Shown in pieces: positions 1-14,101 of a stretch of 64,000 bases of DNA (the stretch's first letter is position 1; each line of letters begins with the position of its first letter). Under the pieces are notes generated by a model. The model had not been told where the DNA came from. It did not search any database and saw nothing but the letters and a program-made list of their open reading frames with translations. Both the position numbers and the translations under genes were made by a program. The stretch covers positions 124,001-188,000 of the forward strand of contig QPMI01000423.1 of NCBI GenBank assembly GCA_004431415.1, written 5' to 3'. Source of the stretch: Cyanophora paradoxa CCMP329. Its lineage: Eukaryota > Plantae > Glaucophyta.

Positions 1-518
1 CCTGTACATGTGCGGATCAGACCGCGCTGATGTCTGATCGGCACTTAGATGCTATTGCTGCAATTCCTTCCTGTGAGGCCCGTCTTCTCGCCCTGCCCGT
101 TCTAAGCGGCGCCCCACGTGCACTGGCCGCCCTGCGCAGCTTGGACTGGGTCGCTGCCGTGCGTCGTCCCAGCTGCCCCGCGGCCGCCCCCGCCGAGCCC
201 ATGGCCAGCCCCGCCCCGGCCCCGCCCCGCCCCGTCCCGTCCTCCCCCGCTCGCCGTGCCCCACCTCGCGATCGCTCCGCCCCGCCCCGCCTCGCCTTGC
301 GCATGCCCCGCTCTAGATCTGCCCCGCCCCGCCTCATGATCACCCCGCCCTGTCCACGTGCGCGGCGCCGTATCGCACCTGCAGCTGCAGCTGCCCCTGA
401 CCGCCCTGCCCTGCCCCGCCCCGCCCCTGCGGTGCCTCCGCCCACACATCTAGATCTTGTTGAGCCTCGGAGCCGCGCCGCCACCCCCCTTGCCCCCGTA
501 AATTCATAAACGGTCTGC

Positions 519-545
519 GTATACGTATACGTATACGTATACGTA
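519..545. repeat. (GTATAC)4.5 palindromic microsatellite
   Basis: gta-tac-gta-tac-gta-tac-gta-tac-gta read directly. Confidence 0.9.
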
Positions 546-799
546 TGCACTATTGGGCGGCGACATCCCCCCCGTCGGCGATATAAAACGTTGTGGGTAT
601 GGCACCCAGTGACCCTGGAGAATAGCCAACGTTATAACTGCCTTCGGAGGGTGTCGACGTCCCCTAGGCCTAAACGTGCCCCGTAGCTCTTCCAAGTTTG
701 CGTGCCCGGCCTGGGCAAATTGAATAGGGTGGTTATATATATATATGCAGAGTGAATGAGCCTCGGAGTGAATCGAGGGCTGGTAAGAAGTCCCGAGTT

Positions 800-2700
800 A
801 TCCCAAGCTGACGTGTTGGGGCCGGGATCCTCAGCCCCTTACTCATCCTCATCCGCCTCCTCTAGATCTTCTTCTGATTCTTCCTCGAGCTCTTCATCAT
901 CTCTCTTCGGTTTCTTCTGCTTCCTGGGCCTGAGGTTGTACTTCACTCCCGCCTTCCGCTTGGTCCCGTTGACCTGCGACTCGGCGATTCCGGTCATCCT
1001 ATATTTATACTATACGCAATGTACCATCGTGTGTGCACCTCTCGCGATCGGTCAGCCGGCCCGGCGGGGAACGATGCCTTGCTGCAGCTGGCACCGCGTA
1101 CAACGGCGAACGGGTTGGCCTTCAACGTCATGGGTAACTTGACGGGGCTCCCTATCCGTTCAGCACTGGGCCATGACTAGTACTGGTCGCAGCAAGATTG
1201 CCGGTACGTATACCGGTGTTAATAGCTGCTCCGGATCCACTGCCATTGAAGAGCACTGCCCTCCATGGTTATTCCCGTAAACGACAGTAAGTGGACCCTG
1301 CTCACCCATTCGATTGCAATTGGTGGCATTTTCGAGTGGGACCGACGCGTGCAGATGTGTGTAGGCGTCCGGAGTCTTCATGATCAGCGACTTCGTGACG
1401 AACCCTTCAGGCAGGCGCTTTCTTTTCTCCTCGTACTCAGTGAGGCCCATGACATCCGAGTAGTAGCCGAACCACAGTTCAGATGGAGCGAAGCTATAGC
1501 TAGAACTGTATCGGTCAAACTTGAACTACACGCACCACGTTCATAGTCACTGAGTCAGCCACTTGTTGGAATTGGAAGAAATTTTAAATGCTCTCGCACC
1601 TCTGCAAATGCAACGACGATGTCTGCAGCACCGTCAACGTTGTAGTTGTCGTACAGCACGCCAAGTGTCTCGAACTTGGCGTCCCTCCCGAACCGAGCAG
1701 TCACCTTACACCCTTTCTTGTCCATGCAAACGTATCCATCCTCGTCCTCCTTGATCACGCAGTTCACGTTGTCTGATTTTAATATCGATATCGGTGTACG
1801 TCGGGGCACCCCGGCCCTTGCATACCACGTTGTCACAATTGAATCAAAACACGCACATTCACTGAACCGGTTCGAATCACACTGCTTGTTTACGTTCACG
1901 TAGTCGTGCGTAGCGGCCGTAAAATCAGAAACGATGTCGTAGCGCATCATGACGAACGTGGTGCGGTCCATGTTTGCCAGTTTATGCGGCATCGATATCC
2001 CGGCGAGACAAGGATCCTGCCCTCCATTGATTAATTATTACATCTTTAATCAAAGAGCGATTTAAAGAAGGCGAACTTACATCTTCGTGCACGGCCTCGA
2101 ATGAGATGCTGCCAACGTTGCCAGAATTAATCTGAATCTCCTTGAGCAGTGTTCGATCCCGTGACAGGGGCCACGCCATCTTGTCATTCGCAGTGCCCTT
2201 CACCAAGTACCGGGCCCGTGCCGACGCTTTCATGAACAGGTACTGCAATTGTATTATATCAGCACCGTTAACGTTAGATTATTTGAAGTTGAACTAGATA
2301 GATTGACTTAGAGCTTACCATACCGTCCGTGCTGCAGCTTGCATTCAGCTGGTTGATAATGGTGTTCACTTGCCCAATAATATCCCTTTTAGCGGTCAAT
2401 TTATCCGCATTGTTCGCCATCGCGCCGGTGAAAATCCGAACAGGGATTTTATCTCCAACCTGCGAATTATATTGCAATTGCGTTCAATTGCAGAGCATTG
2501 ATATCGTAATACTCATAGTCAAAACAAACATACCTCGTCTTCCAGTGTGCCTTGGACGGAATTCCCGTTCTTCCCCGGGATTGTGTGCATGTTTGCAATC
2601 CGGACGATGCCTTCGAACTCCCTTCCTTCTTTCAAGTCCATGAAGGTGCGTGCCACAGTGATTCGCTTGCTGGGCCTGGGAGACATTAGATTATTTGAAT
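800..2700 (-). pseudogene. Decayed coding sequence of unknown family
   Basis: Chain of protein-like minus-strand ORF fragments (2274-2477, 1982-2248, 1555-1992, 1160-1450) broken by stops and frameshifts, ending in a basic/acidic tail (KRKAGVKYNLRPRKQKKPKRDDEELEEESEED); lower GC than flanks; no diagnostic motif. Confidence 0.35.
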
Positions 2701-5700
2701 AACCACAGACTATCGATATCTGTACATGTGTACAAGACGTACGATGTCAAAATGTTTCCCGTCGGTGTGCCAGCTGCAACTGCAGCTACGAGCACGGGAG
2801 TCGCGCTACGCACGTGCGTTCCGCTGATCAGCCTTCAAAATTCGTTTTCATCGATGCGTACTTATCATGATATGTCTCGAGCTCAGAGTCTTTATTGAAA
2901 ACACGTACATGTAGCCGGCTGTATCTTCGGACGTGCGACCATTCGTGGCATGAGCTGTCTCCCCACTGCCGGCGCCGGCTCCCCCATGGCCACCCACAAC
3001 GCCTCCAGCTTCCAGACTGAGGACGTCACCCCCACTGTCAATCACTTTAGTTAATTGATTTGCCCTTTAGCATCTCAATGGATGCGCCCAAGCTTAAACC
3101 CGCGCACCTGCAGCTGGCGGACGTCTTCGGCGTGACATGTACAGTTTCCGCCTGCGCCGTCACCTCAACTTCAGGCTCCTTCGGCCTTTCGTTGCATGGC
3201 CCTTTGCGCCTGCTTTGGCCGGCGACGCTTGCACTAGAAACGTCTTCGGCGCAGTTGCGTCAGCCGGCGAAGCAGCTGGAGCTGCAGCTGCGCCTGCTGC
3301 CGCCTTGGACGAGCGCGTCATGTTTGATTGCCGAATGGAGTGTGACCGTGGTTGCCGTACTATTCAAATTCAGGACTAACAGTAGCGATCACCTACGTAC
3401 TAACCGCCTCACCGTAAAGGTGCCTGCTCGGACTTGATAGGTGCACTATATATATCTATGGCACTCGCGATCGAGCTCAGGCCCCGCGGCCTTTTTACAT
3501 CGATGGTTCGGCTGCTGCGGCGTACGCGTACGGTATGATGTTTCTACCAGCCTCGTCGATGTCTTCTGCGACACGCCATCGACATCTGGTGTGACGTCGA
3601 CCTCGCGATTGGCGACATGTACACGCGAGGTGGCCGGCCACTTCCGGGCGTCTATATATCTCGCCGCCGGCGCCATGGCGGAGCGCATGGGCCGACGAGC
3701 TCGAGTATGCAGTCCTCGAGCTCGAGGTGCACGCGGCGACCACGTCCGCCACTGAGACCCTCGCGAGCGATCCGCCCTGCAGCTGCTTGCGCGTCGCAAC
3801 GCCGACCGCGCGCTCGTCGAAGAGATGACCCGGGCGCGAGCCCGGCGGCCGGCTACCACCCCGTCGAGGTCGTGGATGCGTGGGACTAGTCGACTTCTCC
3901 CCTTCGATGTGCTATATGATCATGATATCGATCACACTCCCCCTCATGATCAACTGCCGCCGGATTTTGACGCTGAGAACGAGCCACCTCTTTGCTGTCG
4001 CCGTATGGATGCTTTTGAGCTTTGGGACTTCCTGCTCAAGCTTCTGACGTTATCGATGATGCTGCTGATGCTACCAGCTCGCCTCCGCTCTCTCCTCAAG
4101 TGATAATTGATCTCACTGACTATAGATACGAACCTCATGCGGTACACGGTTCGTAGCTATAGGTCACTTCTGCCTTCTTCTGGAATTGCTGCGGATCCGG
4201 ATCCGGATGCATATCATATGTCATTGAGGATGATCTTGACTTTGGGGCGCAAGGCCTGCTCAGCGGCTTTCAATGACTCCTTCGTCATCTGTCGTTGCTT
4301 TCTCTATTCCCATGGTCATGATCACTAGCCCTGATTTGCCCCCTATAGCTAGGCCTGACGTCTCCTTCAAGCGCCGTCGGCCCCCTTCTCCTGATCCTCC
4401 TGGTTCGCAGCTTTTTCGAATTCCGAGGTTTCCGAAGTTCGAAGTTGCCTGACACGATTGAAATGTCGCTTGCTGATCAGCCTAGCTCCTGTGCGTTGCA
4501 AGGCTACGTTTACGTATTCCAGCTCTACTAGATCGGCATCGCAGCTTGTGTATATATACTCGTGGCCCGGCCGCGATTTTCGCGCCGGGGTGCAAGGGGG
4601 AATGGGATCTAATGAAAGAGTCCGAGTGCCACGCACATATGCATGCGCGCGGCAGAACGACCCCGGCTCAGTGCGCGCGGCAGGTCGAGGCTTGAAGATA
4701 AACATTGATTATGATTGAAAGAATAGAAAAGGTCCGATAAGTACACGCTGTGAAAAAAAGACTAAATAAAAGACGAAATGAAAGGCCAGACTCAGCGCAC
4801 ACTATATCAGCGAAAAAACGGCTGCGCATCAACTCTGTTCGCACGTCCTACCGGTAACCCTGATCAGCGCTAGCTGGCTAAAAGATGATGGCCATGGTGC
4901 TGTCTGCAGAGGGCTCGCCGTAAACATAGGCGATCCAGGCCTTCTGGAGGGGATCGGGGCGGAAGTCGATCTTGGGGGCACATGAGTACATCGAGTTGGT
5001 TCAGCCCTGCATCAGAGAAGTTACCTCGGGCGTGTGCAGCCTCGTGCTGGCGGGGCTGCGTGCATGCACCTGCGACGTCGCCCTGTTCATGAGCCGGCGG
5101 CACAGTAGTACTGCTGCTGGATGATGCATTGTCCACTAGAAAGTCTCCATGGGCGCTCGCACCTGGTCCTGGGCAGGAAATGACGTCAGATTCGTCTATA
5201 TCTCGCGCACTATCCAGACTTGAAGGGACAGCACCGGCGCTGTCCCACCGCGAGCCATCGGAGGTCAGTTGCTTCACACCGGCTGATCCACCATCGCTGC
5301 CGCCCGGCCGAGTATACATGCGCCCCCCTCCAAGCCTGCCGCCGACCCGATGTTGTCAGTCGCTTCGTTCGAGCGGGGTTCCGCGCAGGCACCTGCGATG
5401 TCGCCTTGAGCCGGCGCGACCGCAGGCTTGCTGCTGGATGCAGTCTTGCCGACATGTAATACTCTCAGGGCGCTCGTCCCCGTGCCTGCGCAGTCAATTA
5501 AGCTGAGATCGATTTTTATACGATTGCATAACTCGCGCGGCTAACCCACCATCGGATCGGATATCGGATGCCCTCTTATCTACGTAACGCGACGCAACAT
5601 ATGTTGGTGAGTACGGTTTCTTCAATCCCTGCTTCTGCACTCTCACCTCCGTCGCCTTCCGCGGGGCCCTTTGCCGTCGCCGCCGCGCGCGCCGTCCCTC

Positions 5701-6232
5701 CCGTGTACGTTGCAATTTCTGCCGAGTCCAGATCAATCACTGCTCGGTTGCAGTCAGCGTCAGGACGCGGCGCTCGCTTAGTCTACAGTATCACCTCCGG
5801 ATCCGTCGCCTTCGGCAACGCCTGAAGGCGCCGGCGCAGCGCTCGTCGTGTCTGGTCAACGCCAGCACGTGAACGCGCGCTGCGCTTCCGTGGCACTCTC
5901 ACCCGATTGAGCCGCTCCTGCCGTACTGTTCCCTTCCATGTCACTTTCGGCCGCGCCACCGCCCTCATCGTCTTGTGCGAGCGGCTCGGTACGATCATAC
6001 GCGTCGCCGGTGTGCGGCGCACCACAGTCTCGCTCCATGTGCACCTAGTGCTGCGGCTGTCAGCTGGTTCCCTGTGGTGATGCTGTGCACACGACGCTCC
6101 GGTCTTCAGCTATCTGACCTGCTCGCGCCTGGCGTCGTACGCGCTTATTTCAACGTGTACCCCCTCGACCAGCTGACCTGGTCGGCTATACTATATATGA
6201 TAGCTAGCGCTGGTCCCTTAGCTTAATTTCAA

Positions 6233-9200
6233 CACCTCAGCATCTCTGGTGGTCTGGACTGGACGCCTCGGTTGCTCTCCTTCGGGGCCCGAGCGGTACT
6301 TTTGTCGCCTTCCCCGTTCGCGATAACCAGATAATTCCACGGGTGCTGGATTACGTGCCGCGTGTTCCTTGCCGCCCTGCGGCTTCCCACCCTGTGGGCC
6401 TATCCTCTAATTCAATTCTATCTCGTTTGCTTCCGCTGCACGTTTGCTTTAGCGCTGTCTTTCTCTCTCTACGTCGCGGAACCCTGCCCGGTCTTTTTAT
6501 TCTAGGAGCAGGCCCCTCTGCCTTTCTTTCTCTTGATAATCTTGCGTTCACATTTGCTCGTATGCTCCCTCTCCGCCTCTCATCTGTTCGTCGCTTCTAC
6601 TGCCTTGAGGTCCAGCGGCTTCGCGATGTGTCTAGCCACGCTCAGATGCCCGATGCTAAGTGGGGGTTTCCCGGCGCCTTGTTTCCGTCCCGTCTTCCTC
6701 ATCTTGTCGTCCTTCAGTGTTTCCCGATGCTTTGGATCGATGCTCTTTACCGTTTGCATTTCAAATTGTATCGTTTGGGCGAGCAACAGTCGCCTCGCCG
6801 TCGTTTCTGTCGGGTTTGTAATGACGGATCTGCTCGCTCTCACGCGCACGTTTTCTCTGAGTGCCCGCTTTCTCGTTCGTTCTGGGATTTCATTCGTGAG
6901 CGCCTGAATTTCTGGGCTTCTACTCTTCCACCGGAGGAGCGTGAAGAGGTCGCAGTGCCTGACCTCGAGCTCTCTCTCTTCCACATCCTCTCGGTTCCGG
7001 ATTTATCTGGGCCATTTTGCGCAGTAAAGTTAACCCCGCCTTCTGCCTTCGCTCACTTGGAGCGATCCTTGCTGGCGTATTTTCCATCCAACAGGTTGCT
7101 CGCGCTCGGTGCGATCTTGAGGAGGCTGACATTGATGCACCTTCTTACAACCGCGCCGCGCTTGTTGCCGCCTGGGACAGAAATATGTCGTACCTAGAGT
7201 TCACCATCCCGCAGGCTTCGGCCTTGTTGGAGGAGCGGCGCGCTCGCTTGGCTGCTGCTGACGCTGATGATCAGGATGCCTCGGATGCTGACGCACATGA
7301 TTCAGAGTCTGGTGCCGGTTCTCATCGTTCTAGTTCAAGCTCTGAATCTGACTCGCCCGACCCTCCTTCTTCGGGCGGTGCTGACAACCTCGTCTCTTCG
7401 CGTGACATCGATTCTGTCCTCCGGAATCCTGCGGAGTTTGCCGTTCGTGGGAATGTCCCGTTGGGGATCCCTGGTGGTCGCCCGCCTCCTGCGCCGTCCC
7501 CTCCTGCTCTGGCCCCTGTAGTGACCCTTGGGCCCGTTCCTATTCCTGCTCTCGCTGCCCCTCTCGACGCTCCTTTTCCCCCATTCCCTGCGGTCCCGAT
7601 CCCTGTGCTCCTTGGCCCGCTGGCCCCGCCTCTACCTCCTCCCTCCTTACAACTTGCTGTCACGGGGCCTCTTCACTTGCCTGTTCCCGGCAGGTCCCTG
7701 GTCATCTTGCAGCTCCGTACCCCTTCTTACCTCTTCCCCTTGCTCCTCCACTTCCGCCCCCGCGTGGCCCTCTTTCTGACGTCCTCCTGGTTCAGCCCCT
7801 CTTCAGCCCATCCTTCTTGCCCCGCTTCTGCAACTGTGACGCCGGGCGGCACTATCTTTTTGCATGCCCCTCCCGCCACTACGTCCCCGGTCTCTTTGCG
7901 TCTGCATCCACTTTCCCGGGTCCGCTTGCAGGCCCCCTCGCCTCCAGAGCTCGCCATCACTTCGGCCTCCTCGCCTCCGCTCTCGATTCTCCATACCCTT
8001 CGAATAGCCGCCTTCTCTCTCCTCCTCCGCCCTCCCTCCCCCCCTCGAGCTCCGGGTCCTCGGCCTCTGCTCCGCTTCCGAGTGTTGGCGAGACTGTCCT
8101 CTTTTCGGTCTCCCCGTCATTCCGGCTCCCTGCTCCCCCTTCGGCGCCTCGGGTCCCATCTGCGGGTCCTCTCCCGCTTCCTGGCGCTCGTGAGATTCGC
8201 CGCCGGCGCCCTCGTCAGGCCCTTGCGCACTCGAGCTCGTCTCTCTCTGCGCCGCCCATGACCCCGTGTCATCTGATCCGGCGCCACCTGACCTTTCTCC
8301 TGCTTCGCTGCCCTCTCTTCGGCGCCGGCAGCGATCCCCGTCACCTGTTCGCGGCCCTTCCCCTGCCTCCGGATCCGACCCTTCCTCGGCTCCCTCCTCG
8401 CCTCTTCCGTCTCGTAGGCCTCCGCCGCGTTCCCGTCGGCGGATCTCTCGATCGACCCTGGACTCTCCGCCTGCCACTGTCTGCGGGGTACCTCCGCCAC
8501 CGTGTTCGGCGCCGGCTGTCAGTACTTTGCTCGGTAGCTCCCCCGTCGTGGCTCCTCGGGGCCTCTTCGTCGTCGTCGTTCGCTGGGTTCCGGCTCCGGG
8601 TCAGATTTCTCGCCGGGCTTACCTTCTAGATCTCCTGGCTCTGCTCCTGGGCCCTCAGCTCCGGGACCGGCTTCCCCGATCTCCTCCCGGACTCGTGGTC
8701 GTACCCGTCGCCGGCTTGCCGTGCCTGCGTCTCCTTCTACTTCCCTCCGGCGGTTTGCCGGGCCGGACCCTCCGGCCTTTGTTCTTGATACCGGACCGCC
8801 GCCTTTGCCTTCGTCTTCTGCTTCGCTGGTCGTATCCCGCCGGCGCCGGCGTACTTCGTCTTATAGTTTAGTTCGGTCTAGTTCGGATTCTGATCGTAGT
8901 GTTGATGCTAGAGTTAGTTTCAATACTAGCTATAGTCCTCGTGCTCGACCTGTTGTTCGCCGTCGTTTGCAGTTCGACTGCCCGCCTCGACCCCGGCCGG
9001 CTTTAGTGATTCCTTTGACTGTCCTTTTGCCTGCTCTTGATCCGCCTGCTCCGCCTCCTGTGTCCTCCTCGACCTCGTGCCGTAGCTCTGCCCTTTCGCG
9101 TCGTCCTGCTTCGCCTCCGCCTCCGCGTCGTCTTGTTGTTCCTCTTACTTGTCTGCTTCCTGTTATTTATCTTTCTCAAATTTGTCCTCCGCTTCTTAGT

Positions 9201-9477
9201 GATGTAATTCCTTCCGATATTGATGGTATCTCTAGCTCTGGCTCTTCTAGATCTTCGTGTCAGTCATCCTCTGTCCCTAGATCTGCTCGATTTCTCGTCT
9301 CTTCTCGATCTGTCTCGAGCTCCGTGTCTTTTCTTTTTTATTGTCGATTTTGGCTCTTTGTCTTATCTTTCTTCGTGCTCTTGTCTTAGTTATTTTGCTT
9401 TTTTGTCTTTATGCCCCCTGGGCAGCCCCCGCAGTGCTGGTGTCTAGAGACTGTGGCCGGTAATTTACCAAAAAAAA
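6233..9477 (+). mobile_element. LINE-A: 5'-truncated non-LTR retrotransposon
   Basis: 14-bp TSD TAGCTTAATTTCAA at 6219-6232 and 9478-9491; A8 tail at 9470-9477; zf-RVT-type motif CRVC..HVFSECP..FW in ORF 6343-7197. Confidence 0.88.
6343..8871 (+). pseudogene. Frameshifted C-terminal part of LINE ORF2 (zinc finger plus long Pro/Ser/Arg tail)
   Basis: FCRVCNDGSARSHAHVFSECPLSRSFW, then continuation in other frames (7017-8261, 7817-8629, 8266-8871); no RT core left. Confidence 0.7.
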
Positions 9478-11451
9478 TAGCTTAATTTCAAGCTCATACT
9501 CGAGCTCGGAAGCCCGACGGGCGGCGGCTGGGCTCCTGGTGCGACGCGGGGGTTGATCAAGCGGCGGATGTCCCGAGTCCGGATCGCGATCGCTGGGCGC
9601 AGTGACGGGCGGATCCGGAGACCCGCCAGGCCTGTACGTACACCGGGTACCGGATCCTGAGCTGAGTGGCATATGCATGGATCGCGATCGATCGCGAGCC
9701 GGGCCTCCGGATCCGGGCCGGGCCGGGCCGGCGGCGGGCCCTCGCCGCGGCGCCGGGTCCCCCGGGCGGGCGAGGGTAGGAGGTGGAGCGGGCGCTATAT
9801 CTATATAGTACTAGTACTGCTACCTGTTGCGCGTTGACGCAATTGAATCCTCCGAAAACATAAATAACTAGCTACCAGTATTAATAGCCCTTTCAATATT
9901 TCGTTTGCTTTCTTTCGGGGGGATCTTCGTATGGAACAAAGTGATTGAAATGAGTCTGGAAGACGTTGCGAAGTCATTTACGTCTTTGGTTCCTTGCGGT
10001 CCCGTTATCGCGGATTTCGTCCACCCACAAACCTGAGCTTGTTTGCCGGGACCGGGGCGGTTCAACTCCGGGGCACGGGGCGAGAAGCCCCGTGATAATT
10101 TCTGTTCCGAAGTTCGGCGGAACGCTTTAGATCTGTCAGAACTTCCATCAAGATAAGCCATGGCCGAGCCTCGGAGCCCATATACATTATATACGTAAGA
10201 TGGCCTAGCTATAGAGGCTGGGGCCTCGGAGTGAATTAAAAGGCGGCGTCGACGTACGCGTCGACGTCATGTGCACGTGCCATCGGGCCCCGCCAGGATG
10301 AAGCCAACGGGATCGAGGGGCGGTAAGCAAGGGAAGGGAAGCTAAGAGGGATGGCTATGGTCGCTGTTGATTACGGAGCCGGCCGGGCCGCGAGGAGCAG
10401 GAAATATTAATCACCGGGGATCAAGTGCAATATCAGGCGGCCGCCGGGCCCACGAAGCTCATCGAGCTCGCTCCGGATCCCTGCCCCGGGGCGCGCCGCG
10501 GCCGCGTGGCGCCGGCCGGCGCCGCGGCGCGGCTGGCCGCGCGCGGCCCTCGAGCTCGGCTAAGCCGCTGAGCCGCTGAGCCGCCCGCCTTGCAATTGCA
10601 ATTGATATCGCGTGTCGATCATACTAGCCTAAGCTACTATAGCTGGGCTACGTGCACGTGTAGTTGTTCTAAGGCGCAACAAGGCCGCCTACACGCCGCC
10701 TTGGCTAGCCTAGTAGTAGTAGTAGTTGCGCAACTTCTGGTTCCTCGAATTCTGATCGCAGGCTCAAGATCTGACCCACGTTGTAGCGACAACGTGGCTC
10801 CAGTTCCACCCCCCCTACTCCCTCCCCCCCCCACCGCTCCCCCCTGGCCAGTTTGCAACGTTTCGATCGTGTGACGTCGCACCATCGACTTTGACTCTCT
10901 CAGCAACGGGCTCCTCGGCCCTCCAAGCGGTAAATGAGACCCATTAGAGCTTGTGGCATGCGCTGACCACCGTCCCCTCTTAGATGCCCGCCGCGCCCGC
11001 GCCTCGAGCGCGAGCTCGGGCGCGCGTGAGCTCGGCTGCTCGGCCGCGGGCGCGCGCCGTCGGCAAGCAATAGCTCACGCTTACGAGATTCCCAGCGCCT
11101 TCGGGGCTCGCGGTGCGCGTGGCAGGCTTTGGGATTCCCGGCAGCGCTAGGCGCGCGGGAATCCCGCAGATCTAGACCGGGCCGGGATTCCCGGGCTTCC
11201 GGATTCCCGGGAGCCTCCGGACTCCCGACAGGCGCAGGGTCGGAGCTGCATGCGCATGCTTCTGCGCGTGCGTGCAATGCATGCATGACGCGCTGCGCCA
11301 GCGCGTGCAGACTCAGATCTAGAGCGGCGGCCGGTCTCTCAAGGCAGCTCGCAGTGTAGGCGCCACGGTCGATTACGGGTACGGCCATTCTACCGCCTAA
11401 GCGCCTCGTCAGCGTCCGCCCCCTCTCACTCGAAGGCCCTGTACACCCCGC

Positions 11452-13850
11452 AGCTCGCAGTAGGGGCGTCTTGGTCGATTCCGGCAACGGTCCGTGTACC
11501 CCTCTCGCGCCCCCTCGCGCGCCCCGCCCTCGCTCACTCGGCGGCCGGTCCGTCTCGCAGCAGCTGGCTCGCAGTAGGGGCGTCTTGGTCGATTCCGGCA
11601 ACGGTCCGTGTACCCCCCTCGCGCCCCCTCGCGCGCCCCGCCCTCGCTCACTCGGCGGCCGGTCCGTCTCGCAGCAGCTGGCTCGCAGTAGGGGCGTCTT
11701 GGTCGATTCCGGCAACGGTCCGTGTACCCCCCTCGCGCCCCCTCGCGCGCCCCGCCCTCGCTCACTCGGCGGCCGGTCCGTCTCGCAGCAGCTGGCTCGC
11801 AGTAGGGGCGTCTTGGTCGATTCCGGCAACGGTCCGTGTACCCCCCTCGCGCCCCCGGCCCTCGCGCGCCCCGCCCTCGCTCACTCGGCGGCCGGTCCGT
11901 CTCGCAGCAGCTGGCTCGCAGTAGGGGCGTCTTGGTCGATTCCGGCAACGGTCCGTGTACCCCCCTCGCGCCCCCGGCCCTCGCGCGCCCCGCCCTCGCT
12001 CACTCAGCGGCCGTTCCGTCTCGTAGCAGCTGGCTCGCAGGAGGGACGCGGCCGAGGGGGTACAGGCGCCGTTGCCGGAATCGACCAGGCAGGCCATAAG
12101 CGGCGAGCCTCGGTCCGTCTGTACCCTCCCCTATCCTGACCCGCGCCCCGCGCCCCGCGTCGCGTCTCAACAAGAGCCCGCAGGCTTAGGGCCGCGGCCG
12201 TCGAGGGGGTACAGGCGCCGTTGCCGGAATCGACCAGGCAGGCCATAAGCGGCGAGCCTCGGTCCGTCCGTACCCTCCCCTATCCGCGACCTGCAGCCCC
12301 CCCCCCGCGTCTCGTCTCACCGAGAGCCCGCAGGCTTAAGCCCCGCAGCCGTCGAAGAGGTACAGGCACCGTGGCCGGAATCGACCAGGCGGGCCATAAG
12401 CAGCGGGCCTTGGTTCGTTGTACCCTCCCCTATCCCGATCTGCAGCCCTCCCCCGCGTCCCCTTACACCGCGGCCGAGAGCCCGCAGGCTTAAGCCCCGC
12501 AGCCGTCGAGGGGGTACAGGCGCCGTTGCCGGAATCGACCAGGCGGGCCATAAGCGGCCAGGCTCTTTCCGTCCGTACCCTTTTTTCCCTGCCCCCCGCC
12601 GCTCGCCTCATCTAATCGAGAGCTCCGTCACTGAGTCAGGCCCGTCAAGGAGTACAGGCGCCGTGGCCGGTATCGGCCAGACGAGCTCTCTGGCGCAAAG
12701 TTCGAGCTGTGGCGCCCACTATGCACCCCGCCCGCGGCCAAGCCGCCCGCCGTGAGCACTGACTCGTGCTCCCCTCAGCGCTTTGAATTTTGGGCGGGTT
12801 CTGCAACGTCTTCCGCTGCACCCCTTCCTTTGAACCCCGAGCTTATGCACGCCCCCCGCAGCGCCGCCCGCGCTCGCTCGGTGCCTGCGCCGGCACGCTC
12901 ACGGCCACGCAGCAGCGCGGGAAGGGCCACCCTCATTCAGCGGCTCGGCCCCCCGAAGCTCGCAGTAAAGGCGTCGTGGTCGATTCCGGCAACGGTCCGT
13001 GTACCCCCCTCGCGCCCCCTCGCGCGCCCCGCCCTTGCTCACTCGGCGGCCGGTCCGTCTCGCAGCGCTAGCTCGCAGTAGGGGCGTCTTGGTCGATTCC
13101 GGCTACGGTCCGGGTACCCCCCTCGCGCGCCCCGCCCTCGCTCACTCGGCGGCCGGTCCGTCTCGTATACGTAGCAGCTGGCTCGCAGTAGGGGCGTCTT
13201 GGTCGATTCCGGCAACGGTCCGTGTACCCCCCTCGCGCCCCCGGCCCTCGCGCGCCCCGCCCTCGCTCACTCAGCGGCCGTTCCGTCTCGTAGCAGCTGG
13301 CTCGCAGGAGGGACGCGGCCGAGGGGGTACAGGCGCCGTTGCCGGAATCGACCAGGCAGGCCATAAGCGGCGAGCCTCGGTCCGTCTGTACCCTCCCCTA
13401 TCCTGACCCGCGCCCCGCGCCCCGCGTCGCGTCTCAACAAGAGCCCGCAGGCTTAGGGCCTCGGCCGTCGAAGGGGTACAGGCGCCGTTGCCGGAATCGA
13501 CCAGGCAGGCCATAAGCGGCGAGCCTCGGTCCGTCCGTACCCTCCCCTACCCGCGACCTGCACCCCTCCCCCCGCGTCTCGTCTCACCGAGAGCCCGCAG
13601 GCTTAAGCCCCGCAGCCGTCGAAGGGGTACAGGCGCCGTTGCCGGAATCGACCAGGCGGGCCATAAGCGGCGAGCCTCGGTCCGTCCGTACCCTCCCCTA
13701 CCCGCGACCTGCACCCCTCCCCCCGCGTCTCGTCTCACCGAGAGCCCGCAGGCTTAAGCCCCGCAGCCGTCGAGGGGGTACAGGCGCCGTTGCCGGAATC
13801 GACCAGGCGGGCCATAAGCGGCCACGCTCTTTCCGTCCGTACCCTTGCTT
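11452..13850. repeat. Tandem arrays of 114-119-bp forward units and ~150-bp reverse-oriented units; the forward-then-reverse arrangement occurs twice
   Basis: TTGGTCGATTCCGGCAACGGTCCGTGTACCCC at 11471, 11585, 11699, 11813, 11932; near reverse complement GGGGTACAGGCGCCGTTGCCGGAATCGACCA at ~12057, 12206, 12358, 12512; repeated at ~12977-13850. Confidence 0.92.
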
Positions 13851-14101
13851 TCCCTGCCCCCCGCCGCTCGCCTCATCTATCACTGACTCGCACCCCCTCT
13901 CTAACGCCACCCTAGAGGTTCCCGAGGTGGAGAGCGCCCCTAGCAGTGCAGGACGTGCTCGCTCGCCGCCCGCGCTGGCACGCAAACGCCCCGCCGGCCG
14001 CTCCTAGGGCCGCGTGGCGGATTCCGGGTACGGCGCATGTACCCCCCGCTCTAGCCTGCAGGCGGGCGAAGATCACTCAAGGTCGAGCGAGAAGGGAGCG
14101 A

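Noticed and set aside
10900-13985. Repetitive ORFs such as PESTKTPLLR x4
   Set aside because: Translations of a 114-bp GC-rich repeat that is open in several frames on both strands; other units break the frame
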